Notes under the pieces: generated by a model | Database searches by the model: none | Seen by the model: only the letters and a program-made list of their open reading frames with translations | Told to the model about the DNA's origin: nothing | Program-made: the position numbers and the translations under genes | Source: Lama glama | Taxonomy: Eukaryota | Reading direction: 5' to 3' | Assembly (NCBI GenBank): GCA_028534125.1 | Contig: CM052816.1 | Span: forward strand, 39,186,001-39,250,000 | Length of the DNA stretch: 64,000 nt | In this document: piece by piece, positions 1 to 13,204 of the stretch | Numbering within the stretch: the first letter of the stretch is position 1 | How the letters are laid out: the number at the start of each line of letters is the position of its first letter

Positions 1-226
1 CGTTTATGCCAGCACTTGTACTTCTTGCAGACCTTATTGCAGATATCGTGCCTACTGATATATTTACATTCGTAAGGCTATCTATATATACAACCACATA
101 TTATTTAGGTAACAACATGGACTAGTACTAGATGGAGGGTCACTACTAGGGGGCAAGCAAACTGGCAGAATTTCTGGTGATCACATGGGGCTAAGAGTGA
201 CAGCATTCTTTATCCTCTGGAGAAAG

Positions 227-726
227 NNNNNNNNNNNNNNNNNNNNNNNNNNNNNNNNNNNNNNNNNNNNNNNNNNNNNNNNNNNNNNNNNNNNNNNNNN
301 NNNNNNNNNNNNNNNNNNNNNNNNNNNNNNNNNNNNNNNNNNNNNNNNNNNNNNNNNNNNNNNNNNNNNNNNNNNNNNNNNNNNNNNNNNNNNNNNNNNN
401 NNNNNNNNNNNNNNNNNNNNNNNNNNNNNNNNNNNNNNNNNNNNNNNNNNNNNNNNNNNNNNNNNNNNNNNNNNNNNNNNNNNNNNNNNNNNNNNNNNNN
501 NNNNNNNNNNNNNNNNNNNNNNNNNNNNNNNNNNNNNNNNNNNNNNNNNNNNNNNNNNNNNNNNNNNNNNNNNNNNNNNNNNNNNNNNNNNNNNNNNNNN
601 NNNNNNNNNNNNNNNNNNNNNNNNNNNNNNNNNNNNNNNNNNNNNNNNNNNNNNNNNNNNNNNNNNNNNNNNNNNNNNNNNNNNNNNNNNNNNNNNNNNN
701 NNNNNNNNNNNNNNNNNNNNNNNNNN
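227..726. other. Assembly gap (500 N)
   Basis: Run of exactly 500 n; the round number suggests a placeholder size. It abuts a young L1. Confidence 0.99.
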
Positions 727-1406
727 AGTGTGGAGATTCCTCAAAAGACTAAGAATAGACTTACCATATGACCCAGGAATCCTGCTCCTGGGCATCTATC
801 CAGAAGGAACTCTACTTCAAAAAGACACCTGCACCCCAATGTTCATAGCAGCATTATTTACAATAGCCAAGACATGGAAACAGCCTAAATGTCCATCAAC
901 AGATGACTGGATAAAGAAGATGTAGTATATTTATACAGTGGAATACTATTCAGCCATAAAAATGACAACACCATTTGCAGTAACATAGATGTCCCTGGAG
1001 AATGTCATTCTAAGTGAAGTAAGCCAGAAAGAGAAAGAAAAATACCATATGAGATTGCTCATATGTGGAATCTAAAAAAAAAAAAATAATAAATAAATAC
1101 AAAACAGAAACAGACTCATAGACATAGAATACAAACTTGTGGTTGCCAAGGGAGCAGGGGGTGGGAAGGGACAGACTGGGATTTCAAAATTTGTGTATAC
1201 TGACAGGTATATGCAGAATAGATAAACAAGATTATACTGTATTGCACAGGGAAATAGATACAAGATCTTGTGATAGCTCACAGTGAAAAAATATGTGACA
1301 ATGAATATATGTATGTTCATGTGTAACTGAAAAATTGTGCTTTACACTGGAATTTGACACAACATTGTAAAATGACTATAACAATAAAAAAAGTAAATAA
1401 ATAAAA
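727..1406 (+). mobile_element. Young LINE-1 3' end (ORF2 C-terminus, 3'UTR, A-rich tail)
   Basis: Translates to [56 protein letters not shown], the L1 ORF2 C-terminus with a TGG>TAG stop. An A-rich tail follows at ~1383-1406. Confidence 0.95.
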
Positions 1407-1529
1407 TGGGGAAAGGCTTAAAAAAAAAGAATTAGTGGTAGGAATGCGTTGTTTTAATGAAGCACCTCGAATTATGTTTATCACAGTGAACTTTGAAGGC
1501 AGCTATGTGAGAGATCCGAGAGCTATCCT

Positions 1530-1720
1530 GTCCTGCATTGTAGACAATAACCGCGTAGAGCTATTTAAATTTCATTACATTAAATGCAATTAAAAATTCA
1601 GTTCCTCAGTAACCGATAACCTAATTTTACTTGTTTAATGGTCACATTTGACTATTCTAATGGATGGACAGTGTAGATGTAGAACAGTGCCTTTGTCACA
1701 GAAAGTCCTGTGCACACTAC
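1530..1720. mobile_element. MER3-like hAT-Charlie non-autonomous DNA transposon
   Basis: ctatttaaatt...taaaaattcagttcctcagt...atggacagtgtagatgtagaaca...tcacagaaagt resembles the MER3 consensus. Confidence 0.7.
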
Positions 1721-2596
1721 TACTCCAGAGCGAGGCATATTCCACAGGGATCTATGAACTGTAGGAGCCCACACTGAACTTCAGTATGTTTTTGAAATAA
1801 TAAAATTCTGTCTATAACAGTAGTTTGTCCTTTTAAAAAATTTGTGAGTATTATTTCATTTTATGAATATTCTATAGTTGATTCATGCTCTTATTAATGG
1901 GCATTTGAGTTGTCTGCAGTGTTTGGCTGTTATAAATAAATATTTGAAATACTATTGTATCATTACAAATGGCATAGACTTATTAATGTTTCCTGTTTTA
2001 ACTCTTGAAATTACTACAAGTGATTTTGTCAGATAATTAATATATTGTTGCAGTAAAATATTTTTACTTTAATTAACAGGGTCGTTTGCATCCAAAGTTC
2101 GAGTACTTTAATGTATTGTCTGTAATAAGTTTATGAAACTTGAAAAATGAAAATGAATCCAAAAAGTAACACAATCGATTAATTTTCAAAAATAGCTCTG
2201 TTGGTATGTGGAAAATGATGAATATTTCAGAAAAAGTAATGCTGCTTTAGTAACTTAAAAAGCTTCCAGTTCCCACTGATTATTAAGTTTTGAGTGTAGA
2301 AACGTATTTTTATGTTTTAGAATTAATACATCCTGTGAAGTGGTAACACACTTTGCATTTTTCTTGGGCTATATGTTTAAGAAATCTAAAAGGTTTTGTA
2401 AATTTTTTTTAAATTTCTTTTAACTTGATAAAAGTTCATAACATTAATTACATTCTACAGTTGGATTCTACAGTTGGAAAATTGGTATCTTTAGAGATGA
2501 TACATACTTACCTTTTCTTTGATAAATGACTTTCCACAAACATTTTTACTCTAAATAAATGGACACATCTGAGGGTTGTATTTTCTCCTAATCCAG

Positions 2597-2739
2597 GGTT
2601 TACTTGCAAAGCAATTACTATCTTCTGCACTGCCATTGCAGTTCACCTATATAAATACTTACAAAAGAAAAATAGTGACGTCCTGCATACAGTTGTGAAG
2701 AATCGAAAAGTAAAAAAGAAGGAAAGAACTGATTTATAA
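2597..2739 (+). CDS. SLCO6A1: Last coding exon of SLCO6A1 (OATP6A1-like organic anion transporter), C-terminus and stop
   Basis: Acceptor ttttctcctaatccAG ends at 2596. The frame reads xFTCKAITIFCTAIAVHLYKYLQKKNSDVLHTVVKNRKVKKKERTDL* (TAA at 2737-2739). This resembles the human SLCO6A1 C-terminus as I recall it (…CKLCTIIFTTIAFFIYK…VTVKNPKVKKKEETDL). It lies upstream of SLCO4C1 on the same strand, the expected synteny. Confidence 0.88.
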
Positions 2740-3918
2740 CTGGATCATCATTGTGTAAGAATTACACATTGTCAATCTATCAATGGGATATTATTAAATA
2801 ATAAACATTAATAAAATCTAAAATAATTATAACTACATGTTTAGTAATTGAATATAATTCATATGATCCTATAAGCTTTATTATATTTTGAGTGCAAATA
2901 GAATAATATCGTCTCTATTTTGTATTTTTAAAAGATAAACATATACATTTAATACTTTGAAAGAAGATGAAGTGGCATTGGGAAAATGCACATAGGTTAA
3001 TTCTGATTGCAATGATATATATTAGTTATTGGTCTTGGTTATGTAGTATTACTTAGGTTTCACGTAGTTTACTCTTGTGTCTTTTCATTTGGTCTGTGGA
3101 GGTTTATTTCTCAATATTTTTTCAAAATAAAATTAGGTGTGCCAATCCAGTTCATGTAATAAAAATTTGTATTTAAGGCCATATTTATTCTCCAAAAGAA
3201 GACTATTTTAAAACCATTTAAAATTAACATTTATCTTTTATTTGATGATGGAGAGGTTTCCTCAGAAAATTTCTTTGGTCAGTTGGCCAGTTTGCAATAC
3301 ATATTTTCATGCTTCTTTAATTTTAGTGGACAGAAATTCAATATGATCATATACATCTCTTGTTACCTTGACTCGAATTTTATTGAAGAGACTACCTGGT
3401 ACCTAAATTGATATCCATTTTGTGCTTTATATTTAATTTTATGATTAATCATAATTTTTCACTTGAAGAAATATTCAAATTTGAATGCAGAATGTGTGAA
3501 CCATTTGTAGAATTTTTCTTAAGTTGAAATGTATGTCTATAGAAAATTGTTGATATAATTGTTTCATACATTATTGTATATCTATCCAAATCATACACCG
3601 ATTTTCCAAATACCAAGATAAAAATCAGATTCTTATGAAGCAAAAACTTCTCTACAATGTTTCTTTTGTTCTCTTGGGAGAAGGAACAATTGACAAAATT
3701 TCCCCTTTGTTAACTCACATTAGTCAATGACCCTGTGTGTAAGGGCAGGCATTGCCCTGTTCATGGTCTTGGCTGGCAGAAGGAAATGTGAAGCAAGGAG
3801 TATTCATGTCTTACTATATTTTTTTGTCCTTAACTTCAACATATATTTATGAAAATTTATAAACTAGTCTTTATTTGAAACTCAACTTGACTGCTTGGTT
3901 TTTCTCCATTTGAACCAG

Positions 3919-4105
3919 CAGGATGGTGGAATATCTGAGGATCAGAGTGTAAAACCAGGAGTTTTTCCTTTAAAGATTCTACAAGATCTGTTGGTGTGCC
4001 CTACATTCAGAAAAGGAATATCACACATGATATTTACCAAAGTAGCCACGTGTATCTGTGGTGATCTGTATTTTCAAAATAAAGTGCATTCTTGTAAAGC
4101 ATTTC
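3919..4105 (+). other. SLCO6A1: Probable non-coding terminal 3'-UTR exon of SLCO6A1
   Basis: Donor GTAAGA at 2755-2760. A pyrimidine tract precedes a CAGCAG acceptor (AG at 3917-18 and 3920-21). AATAAA at 4078-4083 is followed by T/GT-rich sequence. Confidence 0.6.
4078..4083 (+). terminator. Polyadenylation signal AATAAA (probable SLCO6A1 3' end)
   Basis: Canonical hexamer ~160 nt into the predicted terminal exon, with a downstream tgttttt element. Confidence 0.55.
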
Positions 4106-5339
4106 TCATATGTTTTTAATGTTCATAGGACTTTAAATATCAATGTACAATATAGGTTTTTCTAGAATTGAAGATTAATAATTTTAGGTGATTTATATTT
4201 TCTTAATATTCCACTGTCTAAAATTATTATTTGAAAATTTATACAACTGGAAAGTAAGGTAAGACAAAAACATTTAAATCCATTTTGAAGGTGCTTATAG
4301 TATGTGTCTGTGTATATGCATCAATATCTATGTATTTTTCAGAAAATAAACCAGTAAAGGTATAATAAAAATTATAATAATTTGGAGAGTAGTCTTAAGA
4401 CTTAAATTTGAATATAATGTTCTGCTATGACAGAACATGTGTTTCAATGTCACTAACTAGTTCATAGAAGATTGATAGAGAAACAATACAATTATAGCCC
4501 AGAAATCACATTGCTTAACACCAATTTAGTAGCTTTTAGAACAGTCAGTGGAAGCTTTCTCACTAATAAAGAGAAGAACTTAGCAATAAATGAAGTCTTA
4601 AGGGAAAAACAGCTAAAAATCCTGTCGAAGTACCTTTCTTTGGAGTTAGCTTTGACTGATTTAACACTATCTGGAATCTTTATAATTTCTACAGTGTTAC
4701 TGTATCCAGTAAGCTGCAAGTACAAATGGAGAAGCTGCAAAAACATTTTTAAATAATAGATTTTTAATTTTTGATGGAAGTGTTCTCTTTTGAGAATTCA
4801 TGCCCTCAAGGAGCTACATCTCAAAGGAGAGAGGTGAGTCCCAGCATTTAAACCTGCAGAAAATTGAATGTGATGCTTGGTAAAAATGCTGTGGAGATTT
4901 AGCTGTGCTAGGATTTATTAAGATTGTGATTGTTTTTGTTAGGACAATGGTTACAAAGTTGCATAGGTTTTTTAATGGTTTACTCTACAATATTTTTTCC
5001 ATAAGCTTAGTTATTTCTGGCGCTTGATTTTGCCTAAAGGGACATTTTAAAAGAAAGCATACTTAGTATTACAAGCAGAAATGCTTATGCTATAGAATTG
5101 GTGAGAGTTTATTTGTGCTCTTCAAATTGCATTTTCTCCAAAGTCTTAAAATAATAACTACAAATATCCTAGTTCCTCAATCTTTTTCTTTTCTGGATTC
5201 TCACTTATATTGGATTGAAGTTTTCCTGCTTTTAACATTGAGCATTTAATCTTACATATATAACCTCAAAAAGTATTGTTTTGATTTATTAATACCATAC
5301 TTTCCCTTTCAGCACTAAGAGGTTACTCTCCTTTTTCCC

Positions 5340-6335
5340 TTTTTAAGATATAATTGACATGCAGCACTGTATAAGGTGTGTAGCATAATGCCTTGAGTTA
5401 CATATATTGTGAAATGATTACCACAATAAGTTTAGTTGATATTTGTCATCTAATGTAGATGAGAAAGGAAGAAAGAGAGAAATAGAGACCAAAAAAAGAA
5501 AGGTAGGAAGAAAGAAAAAGAAAATGTTTTTTCCTTGTGACGAGAACCCTTAGGATCTTCTCTCTTAACTTTCAAATATACCCTACAGCAGTGTTACTAT
5601 AGTCATCATATTGTACATCTCATCCCCAGTACTTGTTTATCTTATAACTGAAAGTTTGTGTATTTGACCACCTTCATTGAATTCCCCCACCCTCAACCCC
5701 TGCCCCTGATCAACACGAATCTGATCTTTTTTCTATGAGTTCATTTTGTTTCATTTGTTTTAAATCCCACATACAAGTGATAACATTAAGTGTTTGTCTT
5801 TCTGTGTCTGACTTATTTCACTTAAGCATAATACCCTCTAGATCTTTTCATGTTGTTGCAAATGGCAGAATTTCATTTTTTAGGATTGAGTAATACTTCA
5901 TGGTGTGTGTGTGTGTGTGTGTACACACATCTTCTTTACTCATTTACTGTTGCAAACCTAGGTTGCTTTCCATATCTTGGCTATTGTAAATAATACTGCT
6001 GTGAACATTGGGGTGCAGTTATCTTTTCAAAGTAGTATTTTTGGTTTCTTTGGATATATACCAAAAAGTGGATTTACTGGATTATGTGTTCTATTTTTAG
6101 TTTTTTAGTTTCTTTTTAGAAATCTCCATACTGTTTTTGGTATTGGCTACACCAAATTACATTCCTACCAACAGTGTAGGAAGGTTCCCTTTTCTCCACA
6201 CCTTCCCCAGCATTTATCGTTTGTGGACTTTTGAATGATGGCCATTCTGATTGGTGTGAGGTGATACCCTCATTGTGGTTTTGATTTGCATTTCTCTGAT
6301 AATTAACGATATTGAGCACTTTTTCATGTGCTGGC
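5340..6335 (-). mobile_element. LINE-1 3' portion (L1MA-like), antisense, with an internal (TG)n
   Basis: The reverse strand translates to L1 ORF2-like [28 protein letters not shown]. Typical L1MA 3'UTR sequence; (TG)~10 at ~5903-5922. Confidence 0.9.
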
Positions 6336-6369
6336 TTATATATTTTGATACAGAGTGTTACCATTTATT

Positions 6370-7320
6370 AATATGTGGAAAGTAGGTGGAGTAGAGGATT
6401 TAGAATAAAAGATGAGTTCGGTTTTAGATATATTAAGCTTGAAGTACTAACGAGGCAGCTAACTGCCTTTTGGCGATTGAAAACACAGATCCAAAGCTGA
6501 AGAGAGAGATCTCAACTAAAGCCATAATTGGAGATCATCAATATAAAAATTATTATTAGATCTATGGAAAAAAGATAAATTTGCCCAAGAAAAAAAAAGC
6601 CTACTACAAACAAATTTTGAAGACTGTGATGTGTAAGAAACGGCTAGAGCAAGAGACTGAGAAGAAGAAAAAAAAACCAGGGGTGAAATCAATACAGTAA
6701 AATGCAAGGTAAGAGTAGATGAAGATGATGAGCATAGTCACAATTGTCAGATGTTGCTGAGAAGTCAGAGGAAATAAGCAATGAATGTTCCTACTGGATT
6801 TAGCAACAGAATTTGTTGGAAACTGGAATGAAAGAAATTTCAAAGGAATTGTAGGAGCAGAAGTGAAATGCGGTAGATTAAGGAATGTATTGGAGATGAG
6901 TAACTGGACACATTAAATGTAAACAACTTCTTCCCTAAGTATGGGTGTGAACAGAAGATATAAGCCAGTAGATGGCTGGAATGCTAAGGTTTGTCAAGGG
7001 TGGTAGATGGGGTGTTTGCTATTAGTGTTGTGATGGGTGGCTTGTGTATATGTTCAGAGGCTGGTAAGAAGGAGCAAGTAGAAGGAGACTGTGGTCTTAA
7101 GAGCAAGAATATAATTAATAGAGTAGATTACTCAGAGCTAGATTACTCAGGAGAGGAGAGGATGGATTTCTAAACACAGGAAGAAAGATTAGCTACAGTA
7201 AAAAGAAAAGGCTTCCTTTGCAACAGAGGCCACAAAGGAAAGGATGGATGCAACTTCAGGTAATTTTGTAGGTGTAGTGGCTGCAACTTGAGAGAATTCC
7301 TCAAACCACATGATCTTCTG
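6370..7320 (-). mobile_element. LINE-2 fragment(s)
   Basis: L2-like motifs gagttcggttttagatat and cctactggatttagcaaca; highly diverged. Confidence 0.65.
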
Positions 7321-7645
7321 AATGTGTCTCTTTGTCCTTACATGCCCTAATCTTTGCAATGTGCGTTCTGTTATGTATTCAGCATGATACCTCTCTAACT
7401 GGTCTCTTGGCCTTTTTTTCATCTAACCCACTCTCTTCCCTGCTGTGAAAGGAATCTTTGTAAAATGCCAATCTGATTAGGTTACACAATGAGTTGTAAG
7501 TGTTTACCTACCTGGCTCTTTTCTAGATTATGAGCCTTTGAATCGAAGTATTGTGTTGTTCATTACTCTGTTCCACTTTTTTATGGAATGAATGCCTAGT
7601 GACTTTATCTTTAATGCCATTGGCACCAAAGTCTTTGTTTTTAAT

Positions 7646-7711
7646 AGAGATTGTCGGCTGATAGATTGCTAAATACTCAGAGATTGTCGGGTGATAGATT
7701 GCTAAATACTC
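7646..7711. repeat. 33-bp tandem duplication (2 copies, 1 mismatch)
   Basis: agagattgtcggctgatagattgctaaatactc (7646-7678) and agagattgtcgggtgatagattgctaaatactc (7679-7711). Confidence 0.97.
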
Positions 7712-7850
7712 ATGTAAAATCTTCTGTGGGACTTAGAGAATTCATAGTTAAGATCTTAAGGGCTTTCTTCAAAGCCACTTCCCAACTTGCTCCAGCCCTC
7801 CTTCACTTGGATGTCTCCTATTGAAAAACCCGTTTTATCAAAGTTTGTTC

Positions 7851-8290
7851 AATTGTAGGTTGAATTCTTTCCCCTCCAAAAGGTATTCTAAAGTCCTAAC
7901 CCTTAGTACCTGTAACTGGGACATTTGGAAACAGAATCTTTGAAGATGAAGTCAAGTTAAAATGAGATTGTACTGGAATAGTGTGGGCCCTAATCTGATG
8001 ACTGGCGTCCGTATAAGAAGAGGGAAATTTGTACATAGAACGTTAGGGGAGAACACCGTGCGAAGAGTAAGCCAGAGCCTGGAGTGATACCTCTATAAAC
8101 CAGAGAGTACTGAGGGTCGTAGCTGGAAGAGGAAAGGAAGTGTTCTTTCCTAGGGCCTTTGGAGGAAGCATAGCCCTGCTGATAGCTTGAATTTGGACTT
8201 CCAGCCTCTGGAACTGTGAGAGTCTAAATTTATGTTGTTTTAAGCCACCTAGTTTAGGTTACTTTGTTATCCCAGCCCAAGAAAATGAAC
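7851..8290 (+). mobile_element. MaLR solo LTR (MLT1B/C-like)
   Basis: ggttgaattc..aaagtcctaaccc..gggccctaatctgatgactggcgtcc..ggacttccagcctctggaactgtgag..ttttaagccacctagttt. Confidence 0.85.
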
Positions 8291-10251
8291 TCTTTTCTCT
8301 CTTTCTATATATTATTTTTTTCTTTCCCTGCTTAAATTTATTTCAAGAATCTTATGAAAATTCCAACTAGATAAATATTCTCACTTCTTTAGTGAAAGTT
8401 TTTCAACTCTCATCCATCCATGAAGCTACGTTTTCTAACTACCATGTACAATGCATAGAACAACACTGCCCTAACTTTATTATCTTTAGAAGAAAAGAAA
8501 AATGCCTTTGCTTTTTAATTTCCTCTTTCCTCTATGACTTGTTTTCTTTTTAATATCAGTGTTGTTGTCTGACTAAGAAGAAAAATTCTAAATGACATTA
8601 ATCTGTTTAAGTTTCTATGAAATAACATTTAGGCAACAACAGTGACTAAGTAGGTGTTAGGAAAGTTTTGCCTCCAGACATGGACCTCTGCCGCCAGACA
8701 TAAGAAGTCTCACAGGAGAAAAGTCTCCATGCGAAATGATTTCGGGAAGATCACACACAAAAAATAAAAACTAAAATGTTCCAACTCTAAAGCTGCCTCG
8801 CTACTAACAAGAGAGTTACTTGGGATTTTGTTTTCGAAATAACACAGGTATACCTCTTTTACTCTCTACTGAACCTGGAGAAAACAATAAGGCACGTTAG
8901 CATTCTTTTAAACATACTTTATCACCAAAGTCAGCAAAAATATAACCTCTTTTCTGTAGTAAACATTTAGGATGTAGCGGAGCAAACAAATCTAATTTTT
9001 AAACCAATTGCAATGGGTACATTTATCTCAATTTATGTAAAAGTATTTCAAAAGAGTGTATGTAAAATTGAACTTTTGCATCATGAGCTGACAGATGAAA
9101 CTACTTTTAGTCATAATTAGTCATATTTATGTCGCAAGTAGCCATATAATATGCCCAAGGCAACTGAAGTAATAAAAATTAATGCAAGATAGAATTTGTT
9201 TTTCACTTATTACAAAATACTGCAACAAGTTAATTTCTCTTACTTTTTTATCTGAGACAGATTTTTTTTATATACAGTGATGAATTATCTAAAGTGTACT
9301 GTCATATACTATTTTTAGTATGTAGTTCTGCTTTGTGTAGGCAGGTCCAGACCCAGGGATTACCAGTATTATTTAGGAAAATTAGCTTGTTGATTTTTTT
9401 AGCTTAGGGAAAAGGAGGGAGATAAAGAGCTAGGCATGAATGCTAGCATTAATTTCTTGTGCAAAAGCAGGAAGCTATGGGACTCACTTCTGACTCATAT
9501 AATCTTCCCCTGCATAAATCACAGGGAATCCAGTGTACTGAAAAGTCGTGGGTAGGACAGAAGAGGAAAGATGAGGGTTATGCCATTAAATCTCTGTGGT
9601 CTAAACTGTCACTTGCCATCAGGAAAGACAATGGATAGGACTGCTTTACCTGTTACTAATGTGCTGGTACATCCTTGTTCTTTGCTTGCAGATGTGTAGC
9701 TGACAAACAGCACTCTTTAGCCCTGGATAAAAATGTTTATTTATTTGATTATTAGTATGATTGTTTGACAACTCCTTTTTTTTTTGTTTGTTTGTTACAA
9801 CATTTCAGTGTAGCTCTTTAAGAAACACATTTGAAATAAGATGTAAATTTTAAAAATATGTGTGCTTAGGAAATAGCTTTTTAGAATTTAGAAAAGATTT
9901 TTCACTCTTTGAAGAAAAGATACAATGTAGGTTTCCCACATTGTAATGAAAATCCATCCTAAAATAATCTGTAAATGCAAGTCATAGACATGTAGTATAT
10001 TTGATGAGAGAGTGTGCTTACTTAACTTCTTATATAAGCAGAGCTGTCAACAGTCCCCTTTCTTGAAGATTCAAATACTAAGTAACCCAGAATGGTAGTT
10101 TCAAACCATCTTACTAACAAATTGTTTTTAATTTTTATCTTCCTCCTCTTGGGTGCTGTTATTTCAAAAGATTTTTGTCCAACAAACAAGATTTCATTTA
10201 TTTTGTAAAAATCGTATGCAGTTTTTTGAGGGGTGAATATGCTGTTTTCTC

Positions 10252-11890
10252 TTTTTTGTCCACCTTTATTGAGGAATAATTAACATACAGTTTTGTGTGA
10301 GATGTATGGCATAATGACTTGATATATGTATATATTGCACCACTGTTACCACAATAACTTATCATATCCATCACCTCACATAGTTACAAGTTTCTTTGCA
10401 TGTCGTGAGAAGTTTAATATATACTCTCTTAGCATCTTCCAAATATACAATATGGTAGTGTTAATCATCACCATGCGGTAAATTACATCTCTAAACTTAC
10501 TTATAACTGCAAGTTTGTACCCTTTGATCACTTTCATCCATTTCCCTCCCATCCCACCCCCATCTCTAACAACCATCATTCTGTTCTCTGCTTCTATGAA
10601 ATTGACTATTTTAGATTCTATTTTGGATAAATGAGATCATACAGTGTTTGTCTTCCTCTGTCTGACTTTTTTCACTTGGTATACTTTCCTCAAGATTTCA
10701 CCCATGTTGTCACAAATACACAAATGACAGGGTTTCCTTCTTTTGGTAGTTGAATAATATTCTATAATAATATGAATTAACATATATATATAAAATATAT
10801 ATAATCAAATATATGAAATCAAAAATATTTTTCTCCCATTTGTTTATGCACTCATCTGTTGACACACATTTAGGTTGTTTCCCTGTCTTGGCTATTGTAA
10901 ATGATGATGTAGTGAACGTGGAAATGCAGGTATTTCTTGGAGGTAGTGATTTCATTTCCTTCAGATAAATACCCAGAAGTAGGATTGCTGATCATATGGT
11001 AATTCTGTTTTTAATTTTTTGAGGAGCCTTTGTACTGTTTTTCATAGTAGCTGGACTGATTTATATTCCAACCAACAGTGCACAAAGGCTTCCTTTTCTT
11101 GACATTGTCACCAACATTTGCTATCCCTTATCTTTTTGATAATAACCATTTTAACAGGCTTCATGTAATAGCTCGTGGTTTTAATTTGCATTTCCCTAAT
11201 AGAGAATGTCGAGCACCTTTTGATGTACCTGTTGGCCATTTGAGCAGCTTTGGGGAAAATGTCTGTTTAGATCTCTTGCCCACTTTTTAATTGGATTGTT
11301 TGATTTTTTTTTGTTCTTGAGTTGTGTGAGTTCCTTATGTATTTTGCATACTAATCTCTCAATAGATTTGCACATATTTCCTCCCATTTTGCAAGATGTC
11401 TTTCCAGTTTGTTGACTGCTGCTTTTGCTGTGCAGAAGTGTTTTGTTTGATGTTGTACTTGTTTATTTTGCTTTTGCTGCTTGTGCTTTTGGTGTCATAC
11501 AATAAAATCGTTGCAAGATCAATGTCAAAGGTGTTTTCCCCATGTTTTCTTATGAGAGTTTTATGGTTTCAGGTTTTATATTTGTCTTTAATCCATTTTG
11601 AGTTCATTTTTGTGAGTGATGTAAGATAGGGGTCTAGTTTCTTTCTGTCCTATGTGGCTGTCTAGTTTTACCAGCACCATTGACTGAAGAGACTCTCCTT
11701 TTTTCATTGAGTATTCTTGGCTCCCCTATCAAATATTAGTTGACGATATATGCATGGGTTGATTTGGGGGCTTTTGGTTTTGTTCCATTGGGCTGTGTAT
11801 CTGTTTTTATGCCAGTACCATACTGTCTTGATTGCTATAGATTTGTAATACAGTTTGAAATCAGGAAATATGATGTCTCCAGATTTTTCT
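10252..11890 (-). mobile_element. LINE-1 3' portion (L1MA-like), antisense
   Basis: The reverse strand gives FTIAKTGKQPKCVSTDECINKW and KSNNPIKKWARDLNRHF (L1 ORF2), with frameshifts and stops. Confidence 0.92.
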
Positions 11891-12734
11891 GAAATACTAT
11901 AAATATCTTTGGTTTCTCCATTATTGCCTATGAAAGGCCAAAATGAGGCACTGCTGACCTAAATAATTGCTCCCCACCCCCCACCCTGTAAATATATGAA
12001 TGTGATTTTTCTTACATACATGAAAGATGTCTCTCTCAGTATGAAGCATGGAGAACCCACATGGGAGCAGTGAGTATGCTGCTCTTTCGTGGGAGTGAGT
12101 AAAGAGGGAGAAATGTATTTCAGTAATTCTACTTTAGAAAATAAAATTTACTTCCTCTCAGAAAAAAATGTTTATCCTATCATTAGGCACAACTGGAATC
12201 CTATTATTTCTCCTTTAATTCAGGTGGACTGAGGTTTAACACACTTTTATTATACAGCCTAAGAATTTGGCTACTAATTAAATATTCTTGGGTATTCTGA
12301 AATATTTCTGGATTTTCAAACATAAGTGGAATCACTCAGAGTGCTTATAAATTTCCTGTTCTTTTGTGGCCTTCAGTATCAAAAGCAAAAACAGAGCTAA
12401 AACAACAGAGCTAGCATCTGGGGATGCTGTACTCAGATACCACAGTGAACATGGCCATTTACGTTAGAACACTTTGAGGTGAGTTTGCATCAATTATTGT
12501 GGGCATGCGCCTGAGACCCTCCTCTCATTCTCATTATGATTGGTGGCTTATATTGTGGAAATAAGTCACCCCTTCAGAGTTTGAACTATTATCTGTCTTA
12601 TAAAGCATAAACTAAAATGTCAGATTCATAATTTACATGTACCATGTATTATGTTGAGGTTTTTTTTTAATATTATTAGAAGAATGATAGGACTGGCTAA
12701 AAGTTTGTTGACATACTTTATCCTATGATGTATC

Positions 12735-13204
12735 TGTTGAATGAAAGAAAAAAAGCACAATGTGAAAGTTGTGAGTTAAGTTTTATTCAGGGACCTTACT
12801 GAGGAAGCCGGGGAAGCAGCTTCTCAGATAGTTCTGAGGAACTGCTCCAAAGAGGTGAGGGAGGATCCAGAATACACACGAATCTTTTGCTAGGAAAAAA
12901 GCACGCAGTCAAACGAACGTCACAATATTACCGCTGATCACAAAGAATAGATATCTCAAGTTTATGATTTTAGTGCTCTTCTATGTATGGGAAGATGAGA
13001 GAATCTGGGACCATTGAAGTATTTCCTTAGATTCCTTAGAACTGTCTAGGAGCCTGTGTATCTAAAACACAGAATGCTCCCCGTTTTTCTCCATCCTGAA
13101 TTCCTGTCAGGGTGCACTATCTGTGGGCAGCTGCAGTGGCTGATGTTTGATCCTTGTAGAAATGGAATGGCAGGCAACACTTCTTTCTTGACTTATTTTT
13201 CACA
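12735..13204 (-). mobile_element. Probable ERV1-type solo LTR
   Basis: TG...CA termini, ~470 bp, and a near-match 4-bp flank (tatc/tatt). tttatt near the left end is AATAAA on the minus strand. Shares a motif with the 14498 element. Confidence 0.6.

Noticed and set aside
31..71. Possible 41-nt exon (cttcttgcAG ... GTAAGG)
   Set aside because: No recognisable OATP peptide; splice-like motifs alone are insufficient.
181..925. Long ORFs of 204 and 246 aa
   Set aside because: Artefacts of translating through the N gap; the real residues after the gap are L1 ORF2.
2080..2180. Acceptor-like site, possibly a decayed duplicate of the SLCO6A1 last coding exon
   Set aside because: Early stops and only patchy similarity in AT-rich sequence.
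2452..2477. Short tandem duplications (13 bp here; ~16 bp at ~33820-33850)
   Set aside because: Ordinary slippage-scale events with no sign of function.
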